From NCBI RefSeq assembly GCF_009914755.1, contig NC_060932.1: a stretch of 64,000 bases of DNA; one strand, 5' to 3'. The notes beneath the pieces are model-generated. The model did no database searches and was not told the origin of the DNA. It was given only the letters and a program-made list of their open reading frames with translations. Source of the DNA: the human T2T-CHM13v2.0 reference genome, Homo sapiens. The position numbers and the translations under genes are program-made. Of the stretch, positions 1-12,889 are shown piece by piece (position 1 is the stretch's first letter; each line of letters opens with the position of its first letter).

Positions 1-498
1 AGTGAGGGAGAATGCACACCTTGGGGAGCCATGGAGCATCTCTTTAGGAGGTTGTTAAAGTACTTATAAGATTTTGGCTTGTGTTTTGGGAATTTGGGGG
101 AAGTTTTAGGATGCGTGCCTTTGTTCTGGTTTAGATATGGTCAGGAAGTAGGCATAATACTATGATTGTGTATCTTAGTAAGTCTTATCTAGGGCACGGG
201 AAGACCAGAACATTCCTAAATCTGTCATTAGTTAAGAAGCAGCAGCCATTCATGCTAGCCCAATAAGGGCATATTCAATCTTTCTGTTTTTTTGGCTTGG
301 GAGGGCTTACATTTAGTTGGTGTTCACACATGATTATGAAGTAGTCTTGGTTTTGTCTTGATGCATAATTGTCTCACAGTGGTCCTGTGTTACGTTGATG
401 TCCTTTTAAAGTGCTTATATTCAACAGCAGAATTCCAAGTCTAGCTGATAGTGCCAAGCCAACTCCTTAATGTTACTGGCTGCTTTCCCCTTTCTTAT
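1..498 (-). mobile_element. Old ERV1-type LTR fragment (MER89-like, tentative)
   Basis: Resembles a recalled LTR consensus, ending ...GGCTGCTTTCCCCTTTCTTA; truncated by the window edge. Confidence 0.4.
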
Positions 499-1036
499 TC
501 TTTATGTGATTAATTTATGTTAGGCACATTATATCTTACTCAGACTATAGCCAGAAGCAAGCATTGGAATCATAAATGTCTGCACAAGACATATATATAT
601 ATACTTCATAATGAATTAAGTTGTCATGGTAAGGTTGAGAAGAACCATCTATGCAGAGTATCTATTCCAAATGACTGTTGTTTATAGCTATTAATATAGA
701 GAATATAAGAATATATGTAAGTACATATTGTGTATAAATTATGTATGATTATGTGTATGTTATGTATATCAAGATGTATGTATATTTTCCTTGACATGCG
801 TATTTTACACACACAAACATGTCAATGATTGTGTACACACATGAAGAAATATATATATAAATATATACACCAACATGGGTGTATGTATGTATATATTTAT
901 TATTAATATTTTTATTAGAAATAATTTTTAATTACTAATTTTGTAACATGTTTAAAAATTTTAAACTTTCATTTTAAGTACTCCTGAGTCATATTCTACA
1001 CTTTTTATTCATTTTTCAATATTTTAAAATGAATGC

Positions 1037-1844
1037 CATTTATGCAGCCAAAATACACATGAAAAAATGCTCATCATCACTGGCCATCAGAGAAATGCAA
1101 ATCAAAACCACAATGAGATACCATCTCACACCAGTTAGAATGGCAGTCATTAAAAAGTCAGGAAACAACAGGTGCTGGAGAGGATGTGGAGAAATAGGAA
1201 CACTTTTACACTGTTGGTGGGACTGTAAACTAGTTCAACCATTGTGGAAGTCAGTGTGGCAATTCCTCAGGGATCTAGAACTAGAAATACCATTTGACCC
1301 AGCCATCCCATTACTGGGTATATACCCAAAGGACTATAAATCATGCTGCTATAAAGACACATGCACACGTATGTTTATTGTGGCATTATTCACAATAGCA
1401 AAGACTTGGAACCAACCCGAATGTCCAACAATGATAGACTGGATTAAGAAAATGTGGCACATATACACCATGGAATACTATGCAGCCATAAAAAATGATG
1501 AGTTCATGTCCTTTGTGGGGACATGGATGAAATTGGAAATCATCATTCTCAGTAAACTATCGCAAGAACAAAAAACCAAACACCGCATATTCTCACTCAT
1601 AGGTGGGAATTGAGCAATGAGATCACATGGACACAGGAAGGGCAACATCACACTCTGGGGACTGTTGTCGGGTGAGGGGAGAGGGGAGGGATAGCATTGG
1701 GAGATCTACCTAATGCTAGATGACAAGTTAGTGGGTGCAGCGCACCAGCATGGCACATGTATACATATGTAACTAACCTGCACAATGTGCACATGTACCC
1801 TAAAACTTAAAGTGTAATAAAAAATAAAATAAAATAAAAAAAAT
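1037..1844 (+). mobile_element. Young 5'-truncated L1 (L1PA2-like), with TSD
   Basis: Open ORF2p C-terminus ([18 protein letters not shown]...SLIGGN*), 3'UTR and A-rich tail; TSD AAAATGAATGC at 1026-1036 and 1845-1855 in a TTTT/AAAA endonuclease site; lacks the L1HS-Ta ACA diagnostic. Confidence 0.93.
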
Positions 1845-2146
1845 AAAATGAATGCTATCATTCCTTTTGGCTCAAGTATTTTGGGAAGAGGACATTTTGC
1901 CTTTAATTTCCAAAATAAATTTTTTCTAGATTTTCTTTTTTAAACTAAAATAACATTTTACATTGATAAATAACACATATATCTCAATGAATTTTCACAA
2001 AGTAGACACACCTCCAAAATTAGCACTCGATTCAGAAATAGAACATAAGAGCAAGTCACAAACTCTCTCATGATTCCTTCTGGTTATTTTCCTGTTTATT
2101 TTGACTTATAATACTTTTGCTTATTATTGTTCAAAACTGAAAGTTC

Positions 2147-4500
2147 CAGGCATGTCTTGGAGATATTGCAGGTTTGGTTCTAGACTACCAAACTAAAGTA
2201 AGTCACACAAACTGGTATCCCAGTGCATACCAAACTTATGTTTGGTATACTATATACTATAGTTTATTAAGTGTGCAATAGTGCTATGGCTAAAAATAAC
2301 ATTGTATAAACCTTAATTTAAAACACTTTATTACTAAAAAATTGTAACTATCATCTGAATTTTCAGTGAGTTGTAATCTTTTGCTGGTTACAATCAGGCC
2401 TTGTCTGATGTTGATGGCTGCTGACTGATCAGGGTGGTGGTTGAAGGTTGGGGTGGCTGTGCCAATTTCTTAAAATAAGACAATGATGAAGTTTGCTGTG
2501 TCGGTTGACTCTTCCTTTCATGAAAGATTTCTCTGTAGTATGCAATGCTGTTTGATAGCATTTTACCCACAGTAGAACTTATTTTAAAATTGGACTCAAT
2601 CTTCTCCAACCCTGCCACTGCTTTATCAACTAAGTTTATGTAATTTTGTAAACTCTTTTTTTGTAATTTTAACAGTATTCACAGCATCTTTACTAGGAGT
2701 AGATTCCATCTCAGGAAACCAACTTCTTTGCTCATCCGTGAGAAGTAACTCCTCATCGATTCAAGTTTTATTATGAGATAGCAAAATTTCAGTCATATCT
2801 TCAGCCTCCACTCCTAATTCTAGTTCTCTTGCCATTTCTACCACATCTGTAGTTATTTTCTCCACTAAATTCTTGAATCCCTCAAAGTCATTCATGAGAG
2901 CTGTAATTAACTTTTTCTGAATTCCTGTTAGTGTTGATATCTTAACCTCTTTCCATGAATCGTGAATTGTCTTAATGACATGTAGAATGGTGAATTCTTT
3001 TCATACTTTTTCAATAGACTTTGCCCAGATCCAACAGAGGAATCACTATTTATGGCAGCTATAGCCTTACAAAATGTATTTCTTAAGTAATAAGACTTGA
3101 AAGTCAAAATAGCTCCTTGACTGGGCTGCAGAATGGACGCTGTGTTCGCAGGCAGGAAAACAGCCTTAATTTCCTTGCACATCTCCGTTAGAGCTCCTAG
3201 GTGACCAGGTACATTGTCAATGAGCAGTAATATTTTGAAAATAATCTTTTTTTCTGAGCAGTAGGTCTCAACAGTCAGCTTCAAATATTTAGTAAACCAT
3301 ATTATAGTTATACTATCATCCAGACTTTGTTGTTACATTTCTCATCACAGGCATAAGTACATTTAGCATAATTCTTAAGGGCCCTAGCATTGTTAGAACG
3401 GTCACTGAGTATCAGCTTCAATTTAAAGTCACCAGCTGTAATAAGCATTAACAAGAGAGTCAGCTCGTCTTTTAAAGCTAGACATTAAGATTGGGTAGAA
3501 TGATAGTTCTATTTTTAGTTTTTTGATGTTTGACCCAGCAATTTCACTAACTGGTATCTAAATACCCATTTTACATTGATAAAAAAAGGAATATAGATCA
3601 TTTTAAAAAGACACCTGCACTTGTATGTTTATTGCAGCACTATTCACCATAACAAAGTCATGGAACCAATCTAAATGTCCACCAACAGTTCACTGGATAA
3701 ATAAAAGGTGGTATATATACACCATGGAATATTATGCAGCCATAAAAAAGAATGAAATCATGTCTGCTCTAGCAACATGGAGGAACTGGAGGCCATTATC
3801 CTATGTGGAATAACCCAGAAGTAAAAAAATAAAATATTACATGTTCTCATTTATAAGTGGGAGCTAAATAAATGGTACAGTTGGACATAAAATGATGAAG
3901 AAAATAGACTCTGGGGACTCCAAAATGGGGGATGGGGACAGAATACCTACTGGGAACAATGTCCAATATTTGAGTGATGGGTACACTAGAAGCCCAACCC
4001 CCAGCATCATGCATGTAATTCCCATGTAACAATCAAGCACGTGTACCCCTGAATCTAAAATAACAATTTAAAAAGTGCTATGCATGGATTTCCCCTCTCT
4101 AGCTATGAAAGTCTCTAGCTGAGTCCTAGATGGTGTATTCTTCCAGTAGAAGGCTGTTTTATCTACACTGAAAATCTGTTGTTTAGTAGAGCGGTCTTCA
4201 TCAATTATCTTAGCTAGATCTTACAGATCACTTGTTTCAGCTTCTGTATTGGGACTTGCTGCATCACCTTGCATTTTTGTTATGGAGATATCTTCTTAAA
4301 TCTCATGAACCAACCTCTGTTAGCTTCACTCTTTTCTTCTTCACTTTCTTTTCATTTTCAGTCTTCATAGAAATGAAGAAAGTTAGGACTTTTTTCCAGA
4401 TTAAGCTTTAGCTTAAGGGAATGTTACGGCTGGTTTGATTGTCTATCCAGACGATGAAACCTTCTCCATATCAGCAATAGCTTGTTTGCTTTTATGTTAT
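2147..4500 (-). mobile_element. Tigger1 DNA transposon (3' part), interrupted by an L1
   Basis: TIR-like CAGGCATGTCTTGGAGATATTGC at 2147; minus-strand ORFs 2928-3284 ([13 protein letters not shown]...[12 protein letters not shown], pogo-type DDE) and 2394-2618 are transposase remnants. Confidence 0.9.
3490..4075 (+). mobile_element. L1PB-like 3' fragment nested in Tigger1, with short 5' inversion
   Basis: ORF2 tail MFIAALFTITKSWNQSKCP...[14 protein letters not shown] plus 3'UTR; Tigger1 sequence resumes at about 4085. Confidence 0.85.
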
Positions 4501-4519
4501 GGGGCCATTGATTTTTATT

Positions 4520-4885
4520 CTTGAGTAATGTTGCTAAAATGTCCATACTACCCAAAGCAATAGGCAGATTCAGTGCAATCCCAATCAAAATTCCAATGGC
4601 ATTCGTCACAGAAATACAAAATACAATGCTAAATTTTGTGTGGAACCACAAAATAACCTCGAGTAGCCAAAGCAATACTGAGGAAAAAAGTTAGAGGCAT
4701 CATACTTCCTGATTTAAAATTATATTTAAAAAACATAATATTCAAAACAGTATGGTTTTGTCATAAAAAAAAAATCAGACATGTAGACCAATAGAAGAGA
4801 ACAGAGAGCCCAGAAATGAATCCAAACATATACAGTCAACAGATTTTCCACAAGTTCACCAAAAGGATACAATGGGGAAGGATAG
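4520..4885 (+). mobile_element. L1M ORF2 fragment
   Basis: AATGTCCATACTACCCAAAGCA...CAATCCCAATCAAAATTCC...AGAGAGCCCAGAAATGAATCC. Confidence 0.75.
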
Positions 4886-4889
4886 TCGA

Positions 4890-6500
4890 AAGACTATCTT
4901 CTGTCAGGTTTTGCTTCTTATATTTTGCAGTTCTGTCTTTTGGGGCATACCCATTTAGGATTATTACATCTTGCTGGATTGATACCCTTTATCATTATAT
5001 AATGCCTTTCTCATTCTCTGATAAATATCTTTGCATTATTTGATACTAATATAACAATTTCTACTTTCCTTTGATTTATGTTTACATGATAAGTTTTCTT
5101 CAATATTATTGCTTTCAGCCAGCCTAGGCAATTGTCTTTGATGTGAAATTATTTTTAACAGAATATAGCTTTGTCAATTTTTAAATCCAGTCAATCTGTA
5201 ATTTTGCCTATTCATATCATTTATATTTAACGTCACCATTGGTGTTACATCTACCAAGTAATTTTTTGTTTTGCTTTTAATTTTTATTTTCTTTTTCATG
5301 CTTATGTATAAATTACCAGAATAACATAGTTTTTTGCTGTGGGGTTGGTTCAAGAATATATACTTGTAGAGCTCTTTTAGTGGTTACTTTAGATATTACA
5401 TTACATGTACGTAACTTTTCACAGCCTACTGTCATCATTTCACCAGGTTAAGCAAACTATTTAAACCTTAATGTGTTTCTAAATATATGTTGAGGAAATA
5501 TTTAAGGCAATTATAAATGGGCTAAAGTAAAGGAACACAAAGAAATAAGTGTAATAATTTTTGCCTCAATCTTCAAATTAATTTGGAAAACTCAATATGA
5601 AAAGGTAAACTTTTGTAATTACCCATACTTTCCCCTCTATGTTTTTTGTTCATTCTGGGTGTTTCAATCCTTCCTCTTTTATTTTTCCTTTTTTGTTTAG
5701 AGAAATTTATTTAGTCGTTTTCTTAGTGTAGGTTTGTATGAGACAAATTCTCTTAGTTTCCTGATCTGAGAATGTCTTGATTATCTCTTCATTTATGAAG
5801 GATATTTTAAAGTGGATTTTCATAGAATTCTAGATTTATGGGTCTTTTTTTTCATCGTATTTATGTTACGACATTTCCTTTGATCTTCATGTCTTCTTAT
5901 GAGAAATTTGCTGTCATTTGTTTTTTTTTCCCTAATGGGTAAGTTGTCATTTCTTTCATTACTTTCAAGATTTTAAAAATTTCCTTTAGTTTTCAGAAAT
6001 TGAACTATGATGCATTTTGCTGTGAGTTTTTTTTTTTTTTTTTTTTTTGGTAATTGTTTCCTTTGTAGTCTCAATAGTTTCTAGCTTCTTAAATCAATAG
6101 GTTTATGATTTTGTCAAATTTGGTAAATTTTCACCCGCTATTTCTTGTGAGTACCTTTTCAACTGTAGCCTCCGTCTCTATTTGGGATTCTAATGACACT
6201 GGTAGAATTTTTGTTATAGTACCCTAGGTCCCCGAAGCTCTGTGCATTTTTTGTCATTTTCTGGTAGAATTTTTGTTATAGTACCCTAGGTCCCTGAAGC
6301 TCTGTGCATTTTTTATCATTTCCTCTCTACATTTTTTGTAAGTTTCCTCAATTTTCAGATTGGATAATTTCTATTATTCTGTCTCCCATTTCAGTATTTT
6401 CTCCCCTAACCCCATGCTGTGGTTGAGCCCTTCCACTTAGATTTTTATTTTGGTAACTTTGTTTTCATGTGTTATTCATTGTACCTAACTGGAATCCTGA
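4890..6500 (-). mobile_element. Old L1M fragments (ORF1/ORF2 junction region), approximate bounds
   Basis: T-rich antisense L1 phrases, e.g. GAGAATGTCTTGATT...TTTATGAAGGATATTTT and GAGAAATTTGCTGTCATT. Confidence 0.55.
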
Positions 6501-6684
6501 ATAGGTGAAGCACAGGGCTGACTTTCACTGCCATGGAGGTGGTGCTTCATCACTACAAGGAGGGACTGCAATCTCAGCTCTACACTGGACCCTGTTGACA
6601 CTGTGCCTGTTGGTAGTTCCAGGTTGCTGTCTTCTCCAGCAAACCATTTACAAGCATGGGAGTCAAAAGAAAACCAGTGAACTG

Positions 6685-7056
6685 TTTTTATTTTTTATTT
6701 TTATTTTTTTAAATATGTATTTATTTGTTTATTTTGAGATGGAGATTCACTCTGGCTGGATTCACTCCAGGAGATTCACTCTGGAAATTCACTCCAGGCT
6801 GGAGTACAGTGGCATGATCTCAGCTCACTGTAACCTCTGCCTCAGAGGTTTCAAGAGATTCTCCTGCCTCAGCCTCCCAAATAGCTGGGATTAGAGGTGC
6901 ACACCACCATACCTGGCTAATTTTTTTGTATTTTTAGTGGAGATGGGGTTTCACCATGTTGGCCAGGCTGGTTTCAAACTCTTGACCTCAAGTGATCCAC
7001 CCACCTCGGCCTCCCAAAGTGCTGGGATTGCAGGAGTGAGCCACCATGCCCGGCCT
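6685..7056 (-). mobile_element. AluS-type element with T-rich tail and internal micro-expansion
   Basis: Ends ...GAGCCACCATGCCCGGCC at 7056; both arms present. Confidence 0.92.
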
Positions 7057-9611
7057 GAACTAGTTATTGCTCAAGTCCTTATATCACTGGTTAGTCTGCC
7101 TTCTTGTTTCCATTTCTCCAAAATTTTTTATTTTTATTTTTCAATTATATTCCCAGGATTTCTTAGCTTTAAGAGGGAAGAACTTGGAAGAATGAGGCTA
7201 TTCCATTTTGGCTGGAACCAGAAATCTGATCTTATCCATTTTTAATTTCAAGAATTTCTAAAATAAACTGTGTGTGTGGTGTTTTTTTAGAGCAATATTA
7301 GGTTCAGAGAAAAGATGAGAAGAAAGTACAGAATCTTTCAGCTTACCACTGTCCTTATGGATGTGCGGCCTCGCTGACTATCAGATCTCAGATGTTTGTT
7401 TCAATTAACAAATCTATATTGACACATCATCACTCAAAATTTCATAGTATACATTAGTGCTGTGTACCATGTGGGTTTGAACAAATGTATAATGACATGT
7501 ATCCACTAATAGTATCATACAGAATAAGTTCACTGTTCTAAAACTCCTTTGTGCTCTACCTAATCATCCCTCCCCACCAACCAAATCCTTGACATTTACT
7601 TATTCTTTTACAGTCTCTATAGTTTGGCCTTTTCCAGAGTGTGTTATAATTGGAATCTTGAAGTATGTAGCCTTTTCAGATGGCTTTTCTTCCCACTTAG
7701 TATGCATTTAAGATTCTTTTATGTCTTTTAATGGTTTGATAGTTCATTTCTATCACTGAATAATAATCTATTGTCTGCTGTACCACAGTTTATTTATGTA
7801 TACCTACTGAAGGATGTGTTGGCTGCTTCTAAGATTTGGCAGCTATGAATTAAGCTGCCATAAATATTTCTGTATAGATATTTGTATGGACATAAGTTTT
7901 CAGCTCTTTTCAGTAAATACCAAGGAACACAATTGCTGGATTATATGGTAAGAGTATGTGTAGTATTGTAAGAAACTGCCAGCTTATCCTCCAAAGCTGA
8001 TCTATTATTTTGCATTTCTACAAACGAAGAATAAGAGTTCCTGTGGCTCCTCATCTTTACTTCAATTGGGGTTGTCAGTGTTTGCGTTTTGACTATTCAA
8101 ATCAATGTGTAATAATATTTTATTTTTAATTTGCAATTCCTTAATAATGTATAAGGATTAATTTTTTTAGAGCAGTATTAGGTTCAGAGAAAAGATTAGA
8201 AGAAAGTACAGAATCTTTCAATATACCACTGTCCTTATGGATGCACAGCCTCCCTGACTATCAGGTCTCATGTTTGTTTGACATATGTCTTATTTGCTTG
8301 ACATATATCTTATTTGATGAGATGTCTGTTTAGGTTTTTGTCTCTTTTTAAAGTCTGACTGTTCATTTTATTATTGTTGAGTTTTAGGAGTTGTTTAGAT
8401 ATTTTGGTCCTTTATCATATAGGCCTTTTGCAAATATTTTCTTTTAATCTGTGGTTTATCTCTTCATATACTTGACAGTGTCTTTCACAGAGAAGAAATT
8501 TTCAGTTTTAATTAAATCCAGTTTATCAATTATTTATTCATGGATCATGCCTCTGGGGTTGTACTAAAAAGTCACTGCCATAGCTAAGGTCACCTAGATT
8601 TTCTCCTGTGTTCTCTTCAAGTAGTTTTATAGTTGTGTATTTTACATTTTGGTCTGTTATTAATTTTAAGTCAATTTTGGTGAACTATTATGTTATGTGT
8701 CTAGATTTATTTATTTTTTTACGTTTGGATATCCAGTTGTCCCAACACCATTTGTTGAAAAGACTGTCTTTACTTCATTGTATTTCCTATGCTTTTTTGT
8801 CAAAGGTCAGTTTACTTTATTTACATAGATCAATTTCTGTGCTCTTTTTTCTGTTCCATTATTCTATTTGTTTATTCTTTAGCCAATACCACAATCTGCT
8901 AATTACTGTAGCTTTATAGTTCAGTCTTGACATCAGGTAGTGTCAGTCCTCCAACTTTGTATTTCTCTTTTAGTATTGTGTTGTGTTGCCTGTTCTTGGT
9001 CTTTTGCCTCTCCACATAAACTGTAGAATTTGTTTGTCGATATTTGCAAAATAACTAAGTGGAATTTTGATTGGAACTATCTTGAATCTATTAATCAAGT
9101 TGGAAATAACTAATGTCTTAATGATATTTAGTGTTGCTATCCATAACATGGAATATTTCACTTAGTTCTTATTTAATTTTTTCATCAATTTTGAAGTTTT
9201 TCTCATGTAGATGTTGTACATATTTTGCTAGATTTGTATCTAAATATTTTGAGTTTTGGATGCTAATGTAAATGGCATTGTTTTTACTTCACATTCCCCT
9301 CCTTCATTGCTAGTATGTAGGAAAGCAATTGACTTTTGTATGTTTACCTTCTACCCTGCAACCTTGCTGTAATTGTTTTTTGGTTCCAGAAGGTTTTTTC
9401 ATCAATCCTCTCAGAATTTCTACATAGACAATCTTTTCATCTATGAACAAAGACAGTTTCATTTCTTTTTTCCCAATCTAGTATACCTTTTCTTATTGCA
9501 TTGGCTAGGACTGGTAGTGTGATGTTGAAAGGAGTAGCTATCTGTGCCTTGATCCTGATCTTAGCATGAAAGGGTCTAGTTTTTCAAAACCTATGTATGA
9601 TGTTAGCCCTA

Positions 9612-10341
<730 letters not shown>

Positions 10342-11839
10342 TGGATTTTTTCAAATGCCTTTTCCATGTCTATTGAAATGATCTCATGTGATTCTTTTCC
10401 TTTAGACAATGTGATGATTACATGAATTGATTTTCAAGTGTTGCGTTACCTTTGCACATCTAGGGTAAACCTCACTTGGTTGTAATGTATAAAAAAATTT
10501 GTATAAAATATGTAAATAGTTTTTATAATGTATAAAAATAATTATTTTATACACTGTTGAATAAGATTTGCTAATATTTTGTGGAGGATTTTTCATCTAG
10601 CTTTATAGAAAAAGAAGTATTCCCTGTGCTTCTATCTCTTGAAAGAGATTGTAGAAAATTAGTATACATTATTTCTTAAATGTTTAGTAGAATTTACCAG
10701 TGAATCCATCTGGGCCTGGTGCTTCCTGTTGTGGAAGGTTAATTATCAATTCAATGTCTTTAATAGATGTATCTCAATGGGTTTATATATGTATATACAC
10801 ACACACACATTTATTTATGTCTTTGTTAATTTCACTAATCATTTTTCTGAAGCTTTCTAGACACAGATATTGCTCATATATTTTATAACTTTTAAAAAAT
10901 GTCATGTTTTTGATGCTTGTGTAAATTCCATTTTTATTGCATATTCTTATTATCCATTGTTGTTATGTAGAACTAAATTAAATTTTAAATATTGAGCTTC
11001 CATCCTTCATATTATTAAATTCACGCATTAGTTCTAGCAACTTTTTTCATATATTACTTAGAATTTTTTCTGTGTATTATCATGTGTTTTGAAGATTTAA
11101 AAAATTTGTGTTTTTTTTTTTAAATTCTGCCTACCAGTTATTCCTTTTCCTTGTGGTATTGCACTGGCTAGAACCTCCAGTACCATATTCAATAAAAAGT
11201 GTGAAATAAATTGTCAATAAATATTTATTTCTTGAGATTGCAGAGAGGATGCATTCGATTATTCACCATTAAGTCTGACATTAGCTGTAGATTTTGTTCA
11301 ATGCCTTTTAATAATTTAAGAAAGTTTTCATCTGTTCTTGGTTATTTCTTGCTAATAAAAACATATAAATTTGTAAATTTTTTTAAAGCACTGTTAAAGA
11401 AAGGTCTGTAAACTTTCTTTTAATCACAGTTTTTATTTTTCTGCAGGCCACAAAGTTTTATGGGTTATGGCTTTAATCATCATTTGTTTAAAATTATTTC
11501 TAAATTCTTATAATTGCTTCTTTGACTTAGGTAATATTTAGAAGTGAGTTATTTAATATCTAAAAACTTGAGAAGTTGTCTAGATATTTCTGATACTGAT
11601 TTATATTTTAATTTGATTGGATCCAGGTAACTTGCTTTCAGTGGCTTAAATATTTTTAGAGTATTGAGGCTTGGCATAAAATAAGGTATATCTTAGTAAT
11701 TGTTCTTTGTGGATTTAAAAAATGTGTTTATTTCATCTTGGTGGATTGTGTGGTCTATAAATGTAAATTATTTCAAGTTGATTGATAGTGTTTAATATTC
11801 TAGGTCTTTGCTAATTTTCTGTCACTAATGCTATTTCTG

Positions 11840-12110
11840 TGGATAACTGCTCTCAGTTTGAGAAACAGTTTTTGACTTGCTAACGAGCCTTAATAAGACT
11901 GAATGCTTAATCAGGGCACCAGGTTACCCTGGGACCTGAGCTGCCCATGAGGAACTGGGTGTTATCTGACCTGCAAAGCTTATGGTGGGACATGCACAAC
12001 AGGATTTCACAATCAATTGGAAGGGGTATAAACATGACTGGGCTTTTGAATGTGTCTGAAGGCAGTATGAAGTTACATGATGAAGTGGCCCAAATGCCCA
12101 CAGTCTCAAT
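11840..12110 (+). mobile_element. ERV-L pol fragment
   Basis: Translates to ...PELP.RNWVLSD...EGSMKLHDEVAQMP, resembling recalled HERV-L pol (PELPIMNWVLSD...EGTSKLHEEVAQMP). Confidence 0.7.
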
Positions 12111-12117
12111 TTCTATT

Positions 12118-12496
12118 TGTATTAGTCTGTTCTCACATTGCTATAAAGAAATAACTAAGACTGGATAATTTTTAAAGAAAAGAGGTTTAATTGGCTCACA
12201 GTTGGGCAGGTTGTACAGGAAGCATGGCTGGGGAGGCCTCAGGAAACATTCAGTCATGGTGGAAGGGGAAGGGGAAGTAGGCATGCTTTACATGGCCAGA
12301 GCAGGAGGAAGAGAGAGGAGGAGGAGATGCTGCACACTTTTAAACAACCAAATCTCGCGATAACTATCACAAGAACAGCACCAAAAGGGAAATCTGCCTT
12401 TCTGATCTAATCACCTCCCACCATGCCCCACCTCCAACATTGGAGATTACAATTTGATATGAGATTTGAGTGGGGACACAGACCCAAAACATATCA
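12118..12496 (-). mobile_element. MST-family MaLR solo LTR
   Basis: TGTATTAGTCTGTTCTCACATTGCTATAAAG...GGGGACACAGACCCAAAACATATCA. Confidence 0.9.
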
Positions 12497-12889
12497 CTGC
12501 TGCACTGTCTTCTGTCTTCCAGCCCAATGTGGCAGGGGCCAGGTGGTGGCACTTTGCTCTCAGTGAAGTGTTTACATCTCCATTTATAAGTAATACTTGT
12601 TTCCTCCACATTTGAGTTTTTCATGCATTTTACAGCTTTATGCACATTTAGATTTATATTGCCTTCTTGAGGAATTGACACTTTTATCATTATGAAATGT
12701 TTCTGCTTATTCCTAATATTATTTCTTATTATCGTGGTTTGCCTTCTTAGTTTTTAATGTACACATTTAGTTTATTTATGATTAGCATTTGGATGATATA
12801 TTTCTCTTTGTTCTCTTAATCAACCCATGTCTCTGTGGGCATATAATTGGGTCTTGGTTTTTTATCCAATCTCACATTACCTGTCTTTT

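Noticed and set aside
2394-3284. Domesticated TIGD-like transposase gene
   Set aside because: Frameshifted fragments, interrupted by an L1, 5' part missing
6505-7245. ORFs with a signal-peptide-like stretch
   Set aside because: GTG starts, running through a T tract into antisense Alu; typical Alu pseudo-translation
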